A stretch of 64,000 nt of DNA from an uncultured Pseudomonadota bacterium (GTDB taxonomy: Bacteria; Oederibacteriota; Muellerivitia; Muellerivitales; Muellerivitaceae). The notes beneath the pieces were generated by a model. The model was not told where the DNA came from. It did not search any database and saw only the letters and a list, made by a program, of their open reading frames with translations. Where the stretch lies: contig CAWIIP010000004.1 of NCBI GenBank assembly GCA_963836235.1, forward strand, positions 384,001 through 448,000. The letters run 5' to 3'. Below are positions 52,746 to 63,576 of this stretch, piece after piece (the first letter of the stretch is position 1; each line of letters opens with the position of its first letter). The position numbers and the translations under genes are program-made.

Positions 52746-52946
52746 TTAGATTTTGCGGACGTTCTCGGCCTTTAAACCTTTTTGGCCTTGGGTGACTTCA
52801 AATTCAACCCTGTCACCTTCATTGAGGGTCTTAAATCCATCCGACTGAATAGAGGAGAAGTGGACGAATACGTCCTCGCCTCCATCTTGGGAAATGAAAC
52901 CAAAACCCTTCTCGTTCTTAAACCACTTGACGGTACCTTGTGCCAT
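52746..52946 (-). CDS. Cold-shock protein (CspA family)
   Basis: [22 protein letters not shown]. Confidence 0.97.
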   Translation of the reverse strand: MAQGTVKWFKNEKGFGFISQDGGEDVFVHFSSIQSDGFKTLNEGDRVEFEVTQGQKGLKAENVRKI

Positions 52947-53110
52947 GCTGCAACAACCTTTCTACTAATAAAATTTTCATCATCCCGGGGTTTAGGGCCC
53001 CGAAGACGGTTGCCATCATACAAGAATTCATTTGAAATAATAGGAAAACCTAGGATTTACCTTGAAAAAACGCGTAACGGCAGGACCTCACCATAAGGTT
53101 AAACTTTAGT

Positions 53111-53653
53111 TTATTCAAGGGTTTCCCCGGATTCCCCGCCGATGGATTCGTAAGATTCCACCGTTTCTTGAAGGGCGGGAAGGTCCTCGCGCAAGATTTG
53201 TTCGCTGGAGGAAGACAGCGTGAAAATCATCACCCGGTCTTTTTCTTCAACGTAGGCGACCGCCTCACCACCGCCGCCCTTTAGGTGTAGGTAAAAAAAG
53301 AGCGGTGCCGGTTTTTGATAGCGGGTTTGAAGAACCGGGCCCTGTTGAGCGGAGAACTTCGGGTTTTGCTGGCGGATATCCTCCTCGTCCTGCTGGATCA
53401 GGTTCTTTAAGTCCTTGAAGTCTTTTCCTTGGAAGGTAGCATTGACCGTCAGCACGGAAGCGGCGTTTTGATAGGTCGTTCCCTGGGGATAAAGGACCAC
53501 GTCCGCCTCGGCCTCGGCGGCCAAATGCTGGTCCAGAACCCAGCCGAGAGGCGCCGAAAGCAAAAAAGAGTAGCCGTCACCCTGGATCATTTCGGCTTGG
53601 AGCGGAAGGGACCCCCAAAAGAACGCCAGGGCCCAGGCCCATTTGAGTTTCAT
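53111..53653 (-). CDS. Secreted hypothetical protein (PsbP-like fold possible)
   Basis: Signal peptide MKLKWAW...LQA, P.GW motif. Confidence 0.6.
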   Translation of the reverse strand: MKLKWAWALAFFWGSLPLQAEMIQGDGYSFLLSAPLGWVLDQHLAAEAEADVVLYPQGTTYQNAASVLTVNATFQGKDFKDLKNLIQQDEEDIRQQNPKFSAQQGPVLQTRYQKPAPLFFYLHLKGGGGEAVAYVEEKDRVMIFTLSSSSEQILREDLPALQETVESYESIGGESGETLE

Positions 53654-53790
53654 CGGAAAACCGCCGTTTGTAAAATGGAACAGCCGGAAGCCATTGACCA
53701 TCGGGTTTATCATAGCTTTTGGCGGGGGATTTTTAACCCCAATCCAGCTAGAATCGTAACCCTGAGTGGCTTGAAGAAAAAGAGGTAACC

Positions 53791-56700
53791 GTGAAAAATT
53801 ACAAATTGTTTTTCATTTTAACTTTTTCCCTCTGGGGTTTGAGAGCGACGGCCTGGGCCGTCACTGACCTGAATTGGGCCGTTAACGGCGACTTTAAGGG
53901 TTCGGGTGGATGGACGGGCAATCTTGTGATCCAGCCGGGTTATCAAGGCCAGCCGGCGGCTTATCTTGAAAACACCAAACCGGTTTGGACGGAACTGGAC
54001 CAACGCATCAACTTTCCACAGCCCTCTCCGCCCGCGATCGAGATTTCCGGCTGGCTCAAGACCGAGAACGTGGTGAAGGGACAGCAGGATTGGGAAATGG
54101 CCCGCATCAGCGTGGTCTTCTATGACGCCAAGGGAACCCGTTTGGGAGACTGGCCCCCAACCGTGGCCCAAATCCAAGGCACCCATGATTGGGCCCTTTA
54201 TGACAACCAATATTCGCCCCCCCGGGGCACGGCCTACGCAAGCTTACAAATTTCCCTGGGCAATTGCACCGGGAAGGCCTGGTATTCGGATCTTCGAATG
54301 ATCGTTTACGATTACGATTTGAAACCCATCGCCCCTGGCCAACCCACCCATCCCAATCTCAAACCCCCGGTGACCCAGAAGAGCGACAACTGGATCTTGA
54401 ATCCGGGCTTTGAAACGCCCGGCGCCCGGGATTGGTCGGGCGGCCATATCACCCTGGATGGGCACCAGTCTCTGCATTGCCTGGTGGTGGAAAACGAGGC
54501 TCCGGGCTGGACGCTTCCGTCCCAGGATATTTCCTTCAAGGGCCAGACGCCGGCTTATGTCGTTTACGGCGGCTGGGTCAAAACACAGAATGTGGTTTTA
54601 GGAACCGAAAATTACATGGCCGCCCGGTTGGGCATCGACTTTCGGGACGCCAACGGCAAGCAAGTGGGCGGCTGGCAGGATGAGGTTTGCAAGGTCACCG
54701 GTACGACCGACTGGACCTATTATGAAAAGAAATTTCCACTTCCTCCCGGTACGGCCCAGGCGCATGTGGACGCGGGCCTGGGAAACTGCGTGGGAAAAGC
54801 CTGGTTTGACGATTTATCCCTGAAGCTCATCGACGCCCAGGGAAACCCCATTACCACGCTCCTCCAGAGCGAACAGGTTTCGGACACTTCCGATTGGTAC
54901 GCCTATCCGACGCCAGCCCATTATTCCGATACGGCTTTGGACCTGTCCTTCCTGAATGAAAAACCCGCCGGAACCCATGGTTTCGTCACCGTGAAGGACG
55001 GGCATTTTGCCTTCGCGGATGGCACCCGGATACGCTTCTGGGGCACCGACCTGGTGGGGCCTAACAACTTTCCGACCCACGAACAGGCCGATGCCTTGGC
55101 TTTAAGGCTGGCCAAACTGGGCGTGAACATGATCCGCTTCCACATGCCCGAATGCAGTTGGAGCGACCATAATTTCTTCGATCCGGAGGCGGATAACACC
55201 CTGACCTTGAAACCCGACCAGTTAGATAAGTTCGACTACCTTTTATCAGCGCTGAAAAAGAACGGGATCTATTTTTACCCGGATTGGTTGGTGGACCGGA
55301 AATTCCGAAAAGGGGACGGCGTCGAAGCCTATCAAGACCTGGACCCGGGCGCCAAGGGCGTCATTCATTTTTCCAAGCGCATCATCGAATTGACCCAGCA
55401 ATATGCCCAAGAGCTGATCGGCCAGGTCAATCCCTACACGGGGATGGCCTTGAAGGATGATCCGGCCTACGTGGGCAACGAAATCGTCAATGAATCCTCC
55501 ATCTTCTCCGGTTTCGGGGAGCAGAAGTTCCCGGAGCCCTATTGGGACGAGCTTCAAAAGCTTTATGAAAGGTGGGGAGGGAAAGGGGAGATCACCCGCT
55601 TCAAGTTCGATTGGGAAACCCAAAAGCTTTTGCCGGTGGCCAACCCGGAAAACGCGGACCAGTCTTTGAAATTCCTTCTTCACGAGGTGACCAAGACCGA
55701 CCTCGAAATGAAAGCCTTCCAAAGAAAGCTGAGCCCCCACGCCCTCCTGACCGGCAGCAATATGGGCCTTCCTATATTAGGCAACATCAAAAGCGACGCG
55801 GCTTTGGATTTCATGGATACCCACGCCTATTGGGATCATCCGCAGATATGGAACATCGAAGGCGGGTGGAGCAACGTGGCCGTCGCGCCCATGAACAACA
55901 ACTCTCAGCTTTTGTCCCCCCTGCAAGGATCGCTGTTATCCGGATTGTCCAACGACGCAGTCGAGGGCAAGCCCCTGATCGTGACCGAGTGGAACGACTG
56001 CTTCCCCAATGAGTACCGCATCGAGGGACCGGTGCTGATGGCGGCCTATGGAAGCCTCCAGGATTGGGACGGGCTCCTGCAGTTCGACCATGGGATCGAT
56101 ATGCCGGGATCGGTACGCATGAGCAACTTCGACATCAACAACCGGGTGGATGACCAGCCCCTTTACCAGGCGGGGGCCCTGATCTACCGCCTGGGTTACT
56201 TGAAGGCCGCCTCGGTTACGGTGGTGGAACCCGTCTCGGACAAGGCGGTCCTCGCCAACGGCATGAAGAGCCAATGGCTTTTCGACCATGCCTGGCTCCC
56301 TTACGTGGCCAAGGTGGAAAAACGTTTCACGGGAGCCAAGGAAGAGGCGCCGGCGGACTTGAGCGGCATCGAGAAACGCTACAGCGAGGACGAAAAGGAA
56401 ATCGACAGTTCGACCGGGGAAGAAACCCTTTATTTCGGGACTGGCGTTTTAAAATTGGACAGCCCTTGTGCCCAAGGGCTGGTGGGCAACATCGGCAACG
56501 GGCAAACCTTGGGAACGACGGGGATGTGGGTTGAGATTGCCAAACGCGATCCTTGGGCGGCGGTTTTCGCGGTCTCCCTGGATCAGAAACCCCTGGATCA
56601 ATCCGGCAAGTTCATCGTCATCGCCGACGCGAGAGCCGAGAACAGCGGCCAAACTTATAACGCGACCCGCACGGCCCTCAAAAATCCGGGTGTCCCGCCC

Positions 56701-56904
56701 GTCCTGATGCAGGGCGTGAAAGGCGTCGTTTCGATAGTGGTGAATCCCGCGATGAAATATCAAGTGGTTCCCCTGGACGAATCGGGCGCCGAAGGAAAGC
56801 CCTTGAAGACGGCCATGGAAAAAGGGGGATTGAAATTCACGATTTCGCCCGCGGACCATAGTTCCTATTACTTAGTCAGCGGAGAACCCAAGAGCGCGGA
56901 ATAA
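53791..56904 (+). CDS. Secreted multidomain glycoside hydrolase: 2 x CBM4/9-like plus clan-A (GH5-like) catalytic domain
   Basis: Two repeats N..F...GW.KT.NV...GT.DW...G.AW..D; RIRFWG, GVNMIRFH, EIVNE, D.HAYW, VTEWN. Confidence 0.85.
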   Translation: MKNYKLFFILTFSLWGLRATAWAVTDLNWAVNGDFKGSGGWTGNLVIQPGYQGQPAAYLENTKPVWTELDQRINFPQPSPPAIEISGWLKTENVVKGQQDWEMARISVVFYDAKGTRLGDWPPTVAQIQGTHDWALYDNQYSPPRGTAYASLQISLGNCTGKAWYSDLRMIVYDYDLKPIAPGQPTHPNLKPPVTQKSDNWILNPGFETPGARDWSGGHITLDGHQSLHCLVVENEAPGWTLPSQDISFKGQTPAYVVYGGWVKTQNVVLGTENYMAARLGIDFRDANGKQVGGWQDEVCKVTGTTDWTYYEKKFPLPPGTAQAHVDAGLGNCVGKAWFDDLSLKLIDAQGNPITTLLQSEQVSDTSDWYAYPTPAHYSDTALDLSFLNEKPAGTHGFVTVKDGHFAFADGTRIRFWGTDLVGPNNFPTHEQADALALRLAKLGVNMIRFHMPECSWSDHNFFDPEADNTLTLKPDQLDKFDYLLSALKKNGIYFYPDWLVDRKFRKGDGVEAYQDLDPGAKGVIHFSKRIIELTQQYAQELIGQVNPYTGMALKDDPAYVGNEIVNESSIFSGFGEQKFPEPYWDELQKLYERWGGKGEITRFKFDWETQKLLPVANPENADQSLKFLLHEVTKTDLEMKAFQRKLSPHALLTGSNMGLPILGNIKSDAALDFMDTHAYWDHPQIWNIEGGWSNVAVAPMNNNSQLLSPLQGSLLSGLSNDAVEGKPLIVTEWNDCFPNEYRIEGPVLMAAYGSLQDWDGLLQFDHGIDMPGSVRMSNFDINNRVDDQPLYQAGALIYRLGYLKAASVTVVEPVSDKAVLANGMKSQWLFDHAWLPYVAKVEKRFTGAKEEAPADLSGIEKRYSEDEKEIDSSTGEETLYFGTGVLKLDSPCAQGLVGNIGNGQTLGTTGMWVEIAKRDPWAAVFAVSLDQKPLDQSGKFIVIADARAENSGQTYNATRTALKNPGVPPVLMQGVKGVVSIVVNPAMKYQVVPLDESGAEGKPLKTAMEKGGLKFTISPADHSSYYLVSGEPKSAE

Positions 56905-57566
56905 TGGCGACCGAATCCAAAACCATACTTAAGATCAATGAAATTTACCCAAGCCTCCAAGGCGAATCCACTTACGCGGGGCTGCCCTGCGCGTTCGTGC
57001 GGCTGACCGGCTGTTCCTTGCGCTGTACCTGGTGCGATACGGCTTACGCTTTTTACGAAGGCCAGGACCAGGGTTTAGAGGCGGTCTTGGCCAAGCTGGA
57101 TTCTTTCGGGGTGAAGTTGGTGGAAATTACGGGCGGGGAACCCCTGGAACAGGAAGGGGTTTATCCTTTGATGGAATCCCTCTTAAAGAAAGGCTACAAA
57201 GTGCTTTTGGAGACCAGCGGCGCCGTGGATTTGGGCCGGACGCCGAAAGACGTCGTGAAGATCATGGATGTCAAATGCCCCGGATCAGGCGAGGATAAAA
57301 GGAATCTCTGGAGCAACCTGGAAAAACTGGTTCCAGGACAAGACGAAATCAAATTCGTCATCCGTGACCAAGAGGATTACGACTTCGCCAAATATGTCGT
57401 CAGTCACTATGGCTTGGCCGGGAAATTCACCCTGCTTTTCTCGCCTTCCCATGAGGAATTGGAAGCCTCCCGGCTGAGCGAGTGGATTCTTCGGGATAAA
57501 TTACCGGTGCGGTTGAACCTCCAGCTTCATAAAACCATTTGGCCGAAAGACACGAAGGGAAGATGA
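56904..57566 (+). CDS. queE: 7-carboxy-7-deazaguanine synthase (radical SAM)
   Basis: [37 protein letters not shown]. Confidence 0.94.
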   Translation: MATESKTILKINEIYPSLQGESTYAGLPCAFVRLTGCSLRCTWCDTAYAFYEGQDQGLEAVLAKLDSFGVKLVEITGGEPLEQEGVYPLMESLLKKGYKVLLETSGAVDLGRTPKDVVKIMDVKCPGSGEDKRNLWSNLEKLVPGQDEIKFVIRDQEDYDFAKYVVSHYGLAGKFTLLFSPSHEELEASRLSEWILRDKLPVRLNLQLHKTIWPKDTKGR

Positions 57567-58252
57567 TGAAAAAGAAAGCGGTCGTCCTCGTGTCGGGCGG
57601 GTTGGACTCGGCCACCTGTCTAGCTATTGCCCAAAAAGAGGGCTATGAACTTTACGCCCTGACGCTTTCCTACGGCCAGCGGCACCGGGTGGAGATCAAG
57701 GCGGCCCGGAAAATCGCCAAGGTCTACCGGGTGAAAAAACACCTGGAACTGGAAGTGCCCCTAACCACGATCGGCGGTTCGGCGCTAACGGATTCGAAAA
57801 TCAAGGTGCCGAAACAGCGAAGCTTGAAAGAGATGGGGAAGGGAATTCCTTCCACTTATGTCCCGGCCCGAAACACGGTCTTTCTATCGCTGGCCTTGGC
57901 CTGGGCGGAAGTTTTGGGGGCCGATGACATTTTCATTGGCGTCAACGCCCTGGATTACAGCGGTTATCCCGATTGCCGTCCCGAATTTATCCGGGCCTAT
58001 GAAAAACTCTCGAAGCTTGCCACCAAAAAGGGAGTAGAGGGGAAGTGGAAGTTGAGAATCCATACCCCGCTTATCCGTATGAGCAAGGCCCAGATCATCA
58101 AGACCGGTTTGAGGTTGGGAGTGGACTATGGACTCACCCATTCCTGTTATGACCCCCGGCCCAATGGCCAAACTTGTGGAAAATGCGATTCATGCCTTTT
58201 GAGAGAGAAAGGTTTCAAAACTGTGGGACTAAGCGACCCTTCCAGACATTAA
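57563..58252 (+). CDS. queC: 7-cyano-7-deazaguanine synthase
   Basis: [30 protein letters not shown]...CGKCDSC. Confidence 0.96.
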   Translation: MMKKKAVVLVSGGLDSATCLAIAQKEGYELYALTLSYGQRHRVEIKAARKIAKVYRVKKHLELEVPLTTIGGSALTDSKIKVPKQRSLKEMGKGIPSTYVPARNTVFLSLALAWAEVLGADDIFIGVNALDYSGYPDCRPEFIRAYEKLSKLATKKGVEGKWKLRIHTPLIRMSKAQIIKTGLRLGVDYGLTHSCYDPRPNGQTCGKCDSCLLREKGFKTVGLSDPSRH

Positions 58253-58432
58253 TGACTTGTAAAAAGAAATGAGCGCAGCTTTTTTCGTTAAACATATCGC
58301 TTTTAGTTATGAACCGCCTCGTTCTTGACGTGCTTTTTGGATGACTTTTTTATGGCTGCCAGTAAACTACAAGCACTCGACACCTATCTTTCGCCTTTAT
58401 ATAAAATCAGTACTATTTCAGGATTATTTCAA

Positions 58433-61400
58433 ATGTTATTGTCGGCCAGAACTGAATTTTTCCTTTCCGTTTTTCTTTTCCTATTTGCTTTCCGGGTTTT
58501 CGCCCAGGATTCGAGTGACACCTTTACGCCCACTCCCGATCCTTCTGATACCCCAACCTTCACTTCGACTTTTACACCCGATCCGACGGACACATCCAGC
58601 TATACGCCCACCGGTACAGCATCTTCAACACCCTTCAATACCCCGACTCCCGCCATCACGATGGTTCCCGTGAACTGTTCTTCCGACAACCTCTCTGGCG
58701 TTCCTTCATCTGGTTCCTTGAGCATCCACCCATCGGGTGATTTCATCCCCCTTTGTAGTGGATGGGTGATTTACGGGGATCAGGCCACGAATCAAGTCGT
58801 TATCCAAAATGTTTTCACGGGACAAGTCAACCAAACCTATAGTCTGGAGGCGTCTCCCCTTTACTTGGGGCTAGACGCGACCAACGGCTTTCTCTATGCC
58901 ACGCTCAACAATACCAGCGCCTTGGCGCAGGTTAACTTAACTACCGGCCAGGTCAATAACATCGCCTTGAGCGCTCCCGCTAGTTTCTTGGCGGTCGGCA
59001 ACAATGGCCTTGTCTTTGTGGAAGCGGGAGGAGGTTATCAGCCGACAATCCAAATCATTAATGGGCTAAGCGGTAGCGTCGTTCAAAACATCAGCAATTT
59101 CGGTTCCGGCGGATTCTTGGCTTATGACAACGTTCATAATCAACTTTTTGTTGGCGCCCACGCAACTGAGCCTTCTGAATTTGACCAATACAGCTTCAAT
59201 CCCACCATGCTCACCCTGACGAAATTAACGGGTGTCGGGACGACCGGGTTTGGGGAAGATCTTACTGTTTCCCCTGATGGAAACCATGTGGTTTTCCCGA
59301 GCGGGGGAGACCAAAAAATTTACGACTACAGTAGTTCCGCCCTCACAATTACTAATGGGGCTTGGGATACTTCGAGTTATCCCTGGGGCGCTCGCTACAG
59401 CCCTGATTCCAAATATTTGTTGGCCACCAACACGACAAACTTTATGGTTTTCGACGCGAATACCCATGTGCTTCTTCAATCCAACACGACCAATGGTTCC
59501 CTGACGAGAGTTGGGTTTTCCCAGGGGGAGGGTGTGGTTTACGCCCTTCAAAACACAGGCTCGGCCAGCAGTCTCTTTTGGCATACTTTTACTCGGCCAG
59601 CCCCCACCGTGGGAGCGACGCCAGCCCCTACTCCGGTGGCGTTCAACTGCACGACGGACAATCTCAACGGTATTCCAACGTCAGGTTCTTTCTCGGTTAA
59701 TCCGGGACAGGATTTCATACCGCTTTGCAGCGGATGGGTAATTGTTCCCGATATCACCTTAAACCAGATTCTCGTGGAAAACGTGACGACAGGCCAAGTG
59801 AACCGCCGCTATCAGATGCAGGCTTCCCCCCTAAACCTTAGCCTGGACTCCGTTAACGGATATCTTTACGCCACATTGGATGGCTCCACTTTCCTGGCCC
59901 AAATCAATTTGGTCAGCGACGCCATCCAGTATCTTCCATCCACGGAGCCGCTCTATGAAGTAGTTGTTGGAAACAACGGAACTGTTTTTACCGAAGGGCA
60001 AAACGACGCCCTTTTTTCCGAATTGAACGGGCCCTCGGGTTCAGCCCCGGTGAGTTTGGGCAAACCTCCCATCTCCTACCCGGGTTGCCTAGCTTATGAC
60101 AAAGTCCACGACCAGCTCTTCTATGGGGCGTCAGCGTACACGCCGTCCAATTTGATCCGTTACATCTACAATTCAGCAAACCTCTCCTTGACCTTGCAAC
60201 AAAACGTCCAATTCCAGGCAGCTATTGGGGACCTGGATGTCTCAACGGACGGGAATCATCTGTTGGTTGTTACACCATTTGGGAATGACCAAACACCACC
60301 TTATAATTACATTCTTAATGATTACAGTCCCTTGAACCTGACCACCATTCAGGGCTCAATTGGGGCCGGTGGTCCGCCCGCTTGCGGCCATTTCAGCCCT
60401 AATAATCAATTGTTTACCGCCAGTAACGGAACCACACTTTCCATATTCCAATTGTCCAATTACAGCCCATTCGAGAGTTATATTCCCGGGGCGAATATTA
60501 TAAAAACAAAGTTCTCTACTGGCTCCTCCATGGTCTTTGATTTAAGAATGGGTCCTCCGAACACAATTGATTGGCATACTTTGCCCACGCCTGTTCCCAC
60601 CGCCACCTCGACCCCCACAGTGACCATCACTAACACCCCGATTTTTTCCTTTACTCCGACAAGCACCGCTACCAATACAGCCACGCCGACGGCTAGCGGT
60701 ACGCCGACCAGCACCAATACCCCTATCGTTTGCGGTCCTGGGACCACCCTCCTGTTCAACTGGATTTCGATGTCGCCCATCCCGACCCCTCCGGGAGGGG
60801 GGCAGGGAGTGGTGGTGAACGGAAAGATTTTTTTCCCCGGTGGTTCCTTGCAAGGCGGGACCCTGGTCTATGACCCTGCGTCGAATTCGTGGAGCCAATT
60901 GGCTCCTATGCCCACGTCCCGTAATGGCTTTGGTGCCGGTGCCATTAACGGGATCATCTATGTCGCCGGGGGGCAGAGCAATTACAACAATGTCTGGTGG
61001 CCCTATAGCACCCTCGAGGCTTACAACCCCGCTACGAACACCTGGGCTACCCTGGCCCCGATGCCGAATTACCGTTATGTGGTATCCGCCGGTGTCCTCA
61101 ATGGTCAACTTTACGTGATCGGGGGGGTCAACACACCTAATACCGTCGAGGCTTATGACCCTCCTACTAATTCGTGGATAGAGAGATCTTCAATGCCCAC
61201 GGGACGGTGGAATACCGCCACGGTGGTTATTAATAATAAACTCTATGTGGCTGCGGGGGTCAATTCCGGGTTCTTGAACAACTTGGAGGTCTATGATCCT
61301 GCGACCGATAGTTGGAGCGAGAGATCTCCCATTCCCACTGCCGAGTGGGGTTCGATGGGGGTCTCCCTGGGGGGAAAGATGGTCGTCCTGGGTGGGACAT

Positions 61401-63469
61401 CTCCGAGCGTGAGCTATTCTAAGAATGTCCAGTCCTATGACCCCGGCTCCGATACTTGGTCTAACCTTTCCCCGCTCATCACCGGTCGGAACTATCTTTA
61501 CGGTGGGGTAATCGGCCAACAGATATACGCCATGGGCGGACAGGGTCCTGGGGCTTCGAACGTCGACGAGGTGGGAGCCTGGGTCTGTGTCCCTTATACG
61601 AGCACCCCTACCCCAACCTTCACCCAAACTTCGACTTTGACCCTCACTTCGACGCAAAGCGCCACCAATTCAGCGACCACTACTGCCACTCCCGATTCGA
61701 CAGATACACCCACCAATACCGGGACATCCACGGCCACATCGACCGCTACGAGCACAATAACCAATACTTCCACTCCGGACCTCACCGACACCCCCACCAA
61801 CAGCCCTGCGAATACCGCGACCTCCAGTGCCACCAACACAGCTACCCGTACCACCACTGCCACGGCTACTCCCAGCGCCACCAGTTCGGCGACGAATACC
61901 GCCACCAGCACTTCAACTCCCGACCCAACCGATACGCCCACTTCGACGGCCACATTCACGCTCTCCAACACCTCGACTCCTGATCCTACGGAAACTCCAA
62001 CGAATACCCCGACTTCTACAGCCACTTCCACCGCCACCAATACGGTTACGGTTCCCCCGACCTACACGGCCACCAATAGCAACACTCCGACCGCCACGAA
62101 TTCGCAGACTAACAGCCCCACCAATACCGCCACCCTCACCGCTACTAACACGGCCACTTCCACCACTACCAATACGGTTACGGTTCCCCCGACCTACACG
62201 GCCACCAATAGCAACACTCCGACCGCCACGAATTCGCAGACTAACAGCCCCACCAACACCTCGACTCTGACAGCCACGAGTACAGTCACCAATACGCCGA
62301 CCAATACAGCCACTAACAGCGCTACGAACACCACGACCAACACAGCCACTAACTCAGCTACTTCCACATCCACTAACACCCCAACCAACACGGTCACCAA
62401 TTCGCCTACGGTTCCCCCGACCCATACGGCGACGAATACCATCACTCTGACCGCCACGAATAGCGCGACCAAAAGCCCAACCCCTTCGGCCACCTATACG
62501 CCCACTAACAGCCCTACCCTTACGCCCACGAAAACCGTTGCCTTGACCGCCACCAAAACCCCGACTGCCACCGTCAGCAAAACTTCCACTAGAACAGCAA
62601 CTCCGACGATTACCCCCACCCCGACCAAAACTTTCACTAAAACATTCACTCCAACAATTACTCCCACACCCACCAAGACCGTTACCCCAACCTATACCCC
62701 CGCGATGAATACGCCCACCAAAACCCCCACCGCCATCCTGACCTTCTTCCCGACTCCATTCAAATCCATCGCCGTTTCCGACTCGGCGAGCGCCTGCGTC
62801 ACGGTGGGGCAATCCCTTTCCGTCACGGCCGTCTTCGGGCCGACCAACGATCAAAACCAGACCGACGACTACAGCATCGGCTTTGGGAACGGCACCACGA
62901 TTGTTTGGGGGAATGGCTGCACCGCTTCCTACAACACCGGCTCCCTTTCGACCGACAAACCGGTTACGGTCGTCCAATCGGTCGCGGTTCCGGCCACGGT
63001 CACCAGCGGCGCCTACACGAGCTTGGATGTGGTGGGCATCCAGGACAGCACCTACCTCTGCGGCGGCAGCACCGTTATCGGAAGCGTCTCCATCTCGATC
63101 TGTTCAACGGGAAGCAAGCTGAAATCCTTCAATTCCCTTATTTCGGAAGGAACTTCTACGCCCAATGAAAGCCTCTCCCATGGGCCGCAAGTTGTCGCGG
63201 CGCCCAATGTTTCCCGCGACGATCAACCTATCCGGTTCCTGCTTCAATTGGCGTCTCCCGCCCAAGTTCGAATTACCCTCTACACTCTGCTTGGCGAGGA
63301 AATTTATTCCAATGAATCGCAGGCAGGGGCCGGGTCCTCCCAGTTGGTTTGGAACCTCCAAAACGCTTCCGGGGCGGAGGTGGCCAGCGGCCTTTACTTC
63401 TATGTAGTGGAAGTGGGGGAGGGGGCCTCGCCGATCATTAAAACCGGTAAGATCCTGGTTTTGAGATAG
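58433..63469 (+). CDS. Large secreted protein: two beta-propeller repeats, Kelch propeller, Thr-rich stalk, FlgD-Ig/T9SS-like C-terminal domain
   Basis: Signal peptide from ATG 58433; duplicated NC..DNL.G.P.SGS...DFIPLCSGWVI units; Kelch YV.GG...YDP..N.W repeats; C-terminus SGLYFY...GKILVLR. Confidence 0.85.
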   Translation: MLLSARTEFFLSVFLFLFAFRVFAQDSSDTFTPTPDPSDTPTFTSTFTPDPTDTSSYTPTGTASSTPFNTPTPAITMVPVNCSSDNLSGVPSSGSLSIHPSGDFIPLCSGWVIYGDQATNQVVIQNVFTGQVNQTYSLEASPLYLGLDATNGFLYATLNNTSALAQVNLTTGQVNNIALSAPASFLAVGNNGLVFVEAGGGYQPTIQIINGLSGSVVQNISNFGSGGFLAYDNVHNQLFVGAHATEPSEFDQYSFNPTMLTLTKLTGVGTTGFGEDLTVSPDGNHVVFPSGGDQKIYDYSSSALTITNGAWDTSSYPWGARYSPDSKYLLATNTTNFMVFDANTHVLLQSNTTNGSLTRVGFSQGEGVVYALQNTGSASSLFWHTFTRPAPTVGATPAPTPVAFNCTTDNLNGIPTSGSFSVNPGQDFIPLCSGWVIVPDITLNQILVENVTTGQVNRRYQMQASPLNLSLDSVNGYLYATLDGSTFLAQINLVSDAIQYLPSTEPLYEVVVGNNGTVFTEGQNDALFSELNGPSGSAPVSLGKPPISYPGCLAYDKVHDQLFYGASAYTPSNLIRYIYNSANLSLTLQQNVQFQAAIGDLDVSTDGNHLLVVTPFGNDQTPPYNYILNDYSPLNLTTIQGSIGAGGPPACGHFSPNNQLFTASNGTTLSIFQLSNYSPFESYIPGANIIKTKFSTGSSMVFDLRMGPPNTIDWHTLPTPVPTATSTPTVTITNTPIFSFTPTSTATNTATPTASGTPTSTNTPIVCGPGTTLLFNWISMSPIPTPPGGGQGVVVNGKIFFPGGSLQGGTLVYDPASNSWSQLAPMPTSRNGFGAGAINGIIYVAGGQSNYNNVWWPYSTLEAYNPATNTWATLAPMPNYRYVVSAGVLNGQLYVIGGVNTPNTVEAYDPPTNSWIERSSMPTGRWNTATVVINNKLYVAAGVNSGFLNNLEVYDPATDSWSERSPIPTAEWGSMGVSLGGKMVVLGGTSPSVSYSKNVQSYDPGSDTWSNLSPLITGRNYLYGGVIGQQIYAMGGQGPGASNVDEVGAWVCVPYTSTPTPTFTQTSTLTLTSTQSATNSATTTATPDSTDTPTNTGTSTATSTATSTITNTSTPDLTDTPTNSPANTATSSATNTATRTTTATATPSATSSATNTATSTSTPDPTDTPTSTATFTLSNTSTPDPTETPTNTPTSTATSTATNTVTVPPTYTATNSNTPTATNSQTNSPTNTATLTATNTATSTTTNTVTVPPTYTATNSNTPTATNSQTNSPTNTSTLTATSTVTNTPTNTATNSATNTTTNTATNSATSTSTNTPTNTVTNSPTVPPTHTATNTITLTATNSATKSPTPSATYTPTNSPTLTPTKTVALTATKTPTATVSKTSTRTATPTITPTPTKTFTKTFTPTITPTPTKTVTPTYTPAMNTPTKTPTAILTFFPTPFKSIAVSDSASACVTVGQSLSVTAVFGPTNDQNQTDDYSIGFGNGTTIVWGNGCTASYNTGSLSTDKPVTVVQSVAVPATVTSGAYTSLDVVGIQDSTYLCGGSTVIGSVSISICSTGSKLKSFNSLISEGTSTPNESLSHGPQVVAAPNVSRDDQPIRFLLQLASPAQVRITLYTLLGEEIYSNESQAGAGSSQLVWNLQNASGAEVASGLYFYVVEVGEGASPIIKTGKILVLR
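62036..62256 (+). repeat. Exact 89-bp direct repeat in the Thr-rich stalk (period 132 bp)
   Basis: accaatacggttacggttcccccgacc...aacagccccaccaa at 62036-62124 and 62168-62256. Confidence 0.88.
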
Positions 63470-63576
63470 ATTATTCGCGGGTATCCTGCTGTCTCTTGTG
63501 CGGTTTTTGGCGTTTTTCCTTTCGGCCCCGCCCAACCCGGCTAAAAATATTGTTCCCGTCCCGCGCGGATGTTAAG

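Noticed and set aside
52509-52775. 88-aa plus-strand ORF across the structured intergenic region
   Set aside because: No RBS or motif, and it runs through the csp terminator; better explained as non-coding.
53714-53790. preQ1 riboswitch upstream of the GH-queE-queC unit
   Set aside because: Could not find the P1 stem and A-rich tail in the required arrangement.
56904-58252. queE/queC as a Dpd or Qat defence system
   Set aside because: Both look like canonical housekeeping enzymes; no dpdA, tgt-like, ATPase or TatD partners are adjacent.
58325-58432. Upstream extension of the large surface protein
   Set aside because: The signal peptide begins at ATG 58433; the extension is AT-rich intergenic-like sequence.
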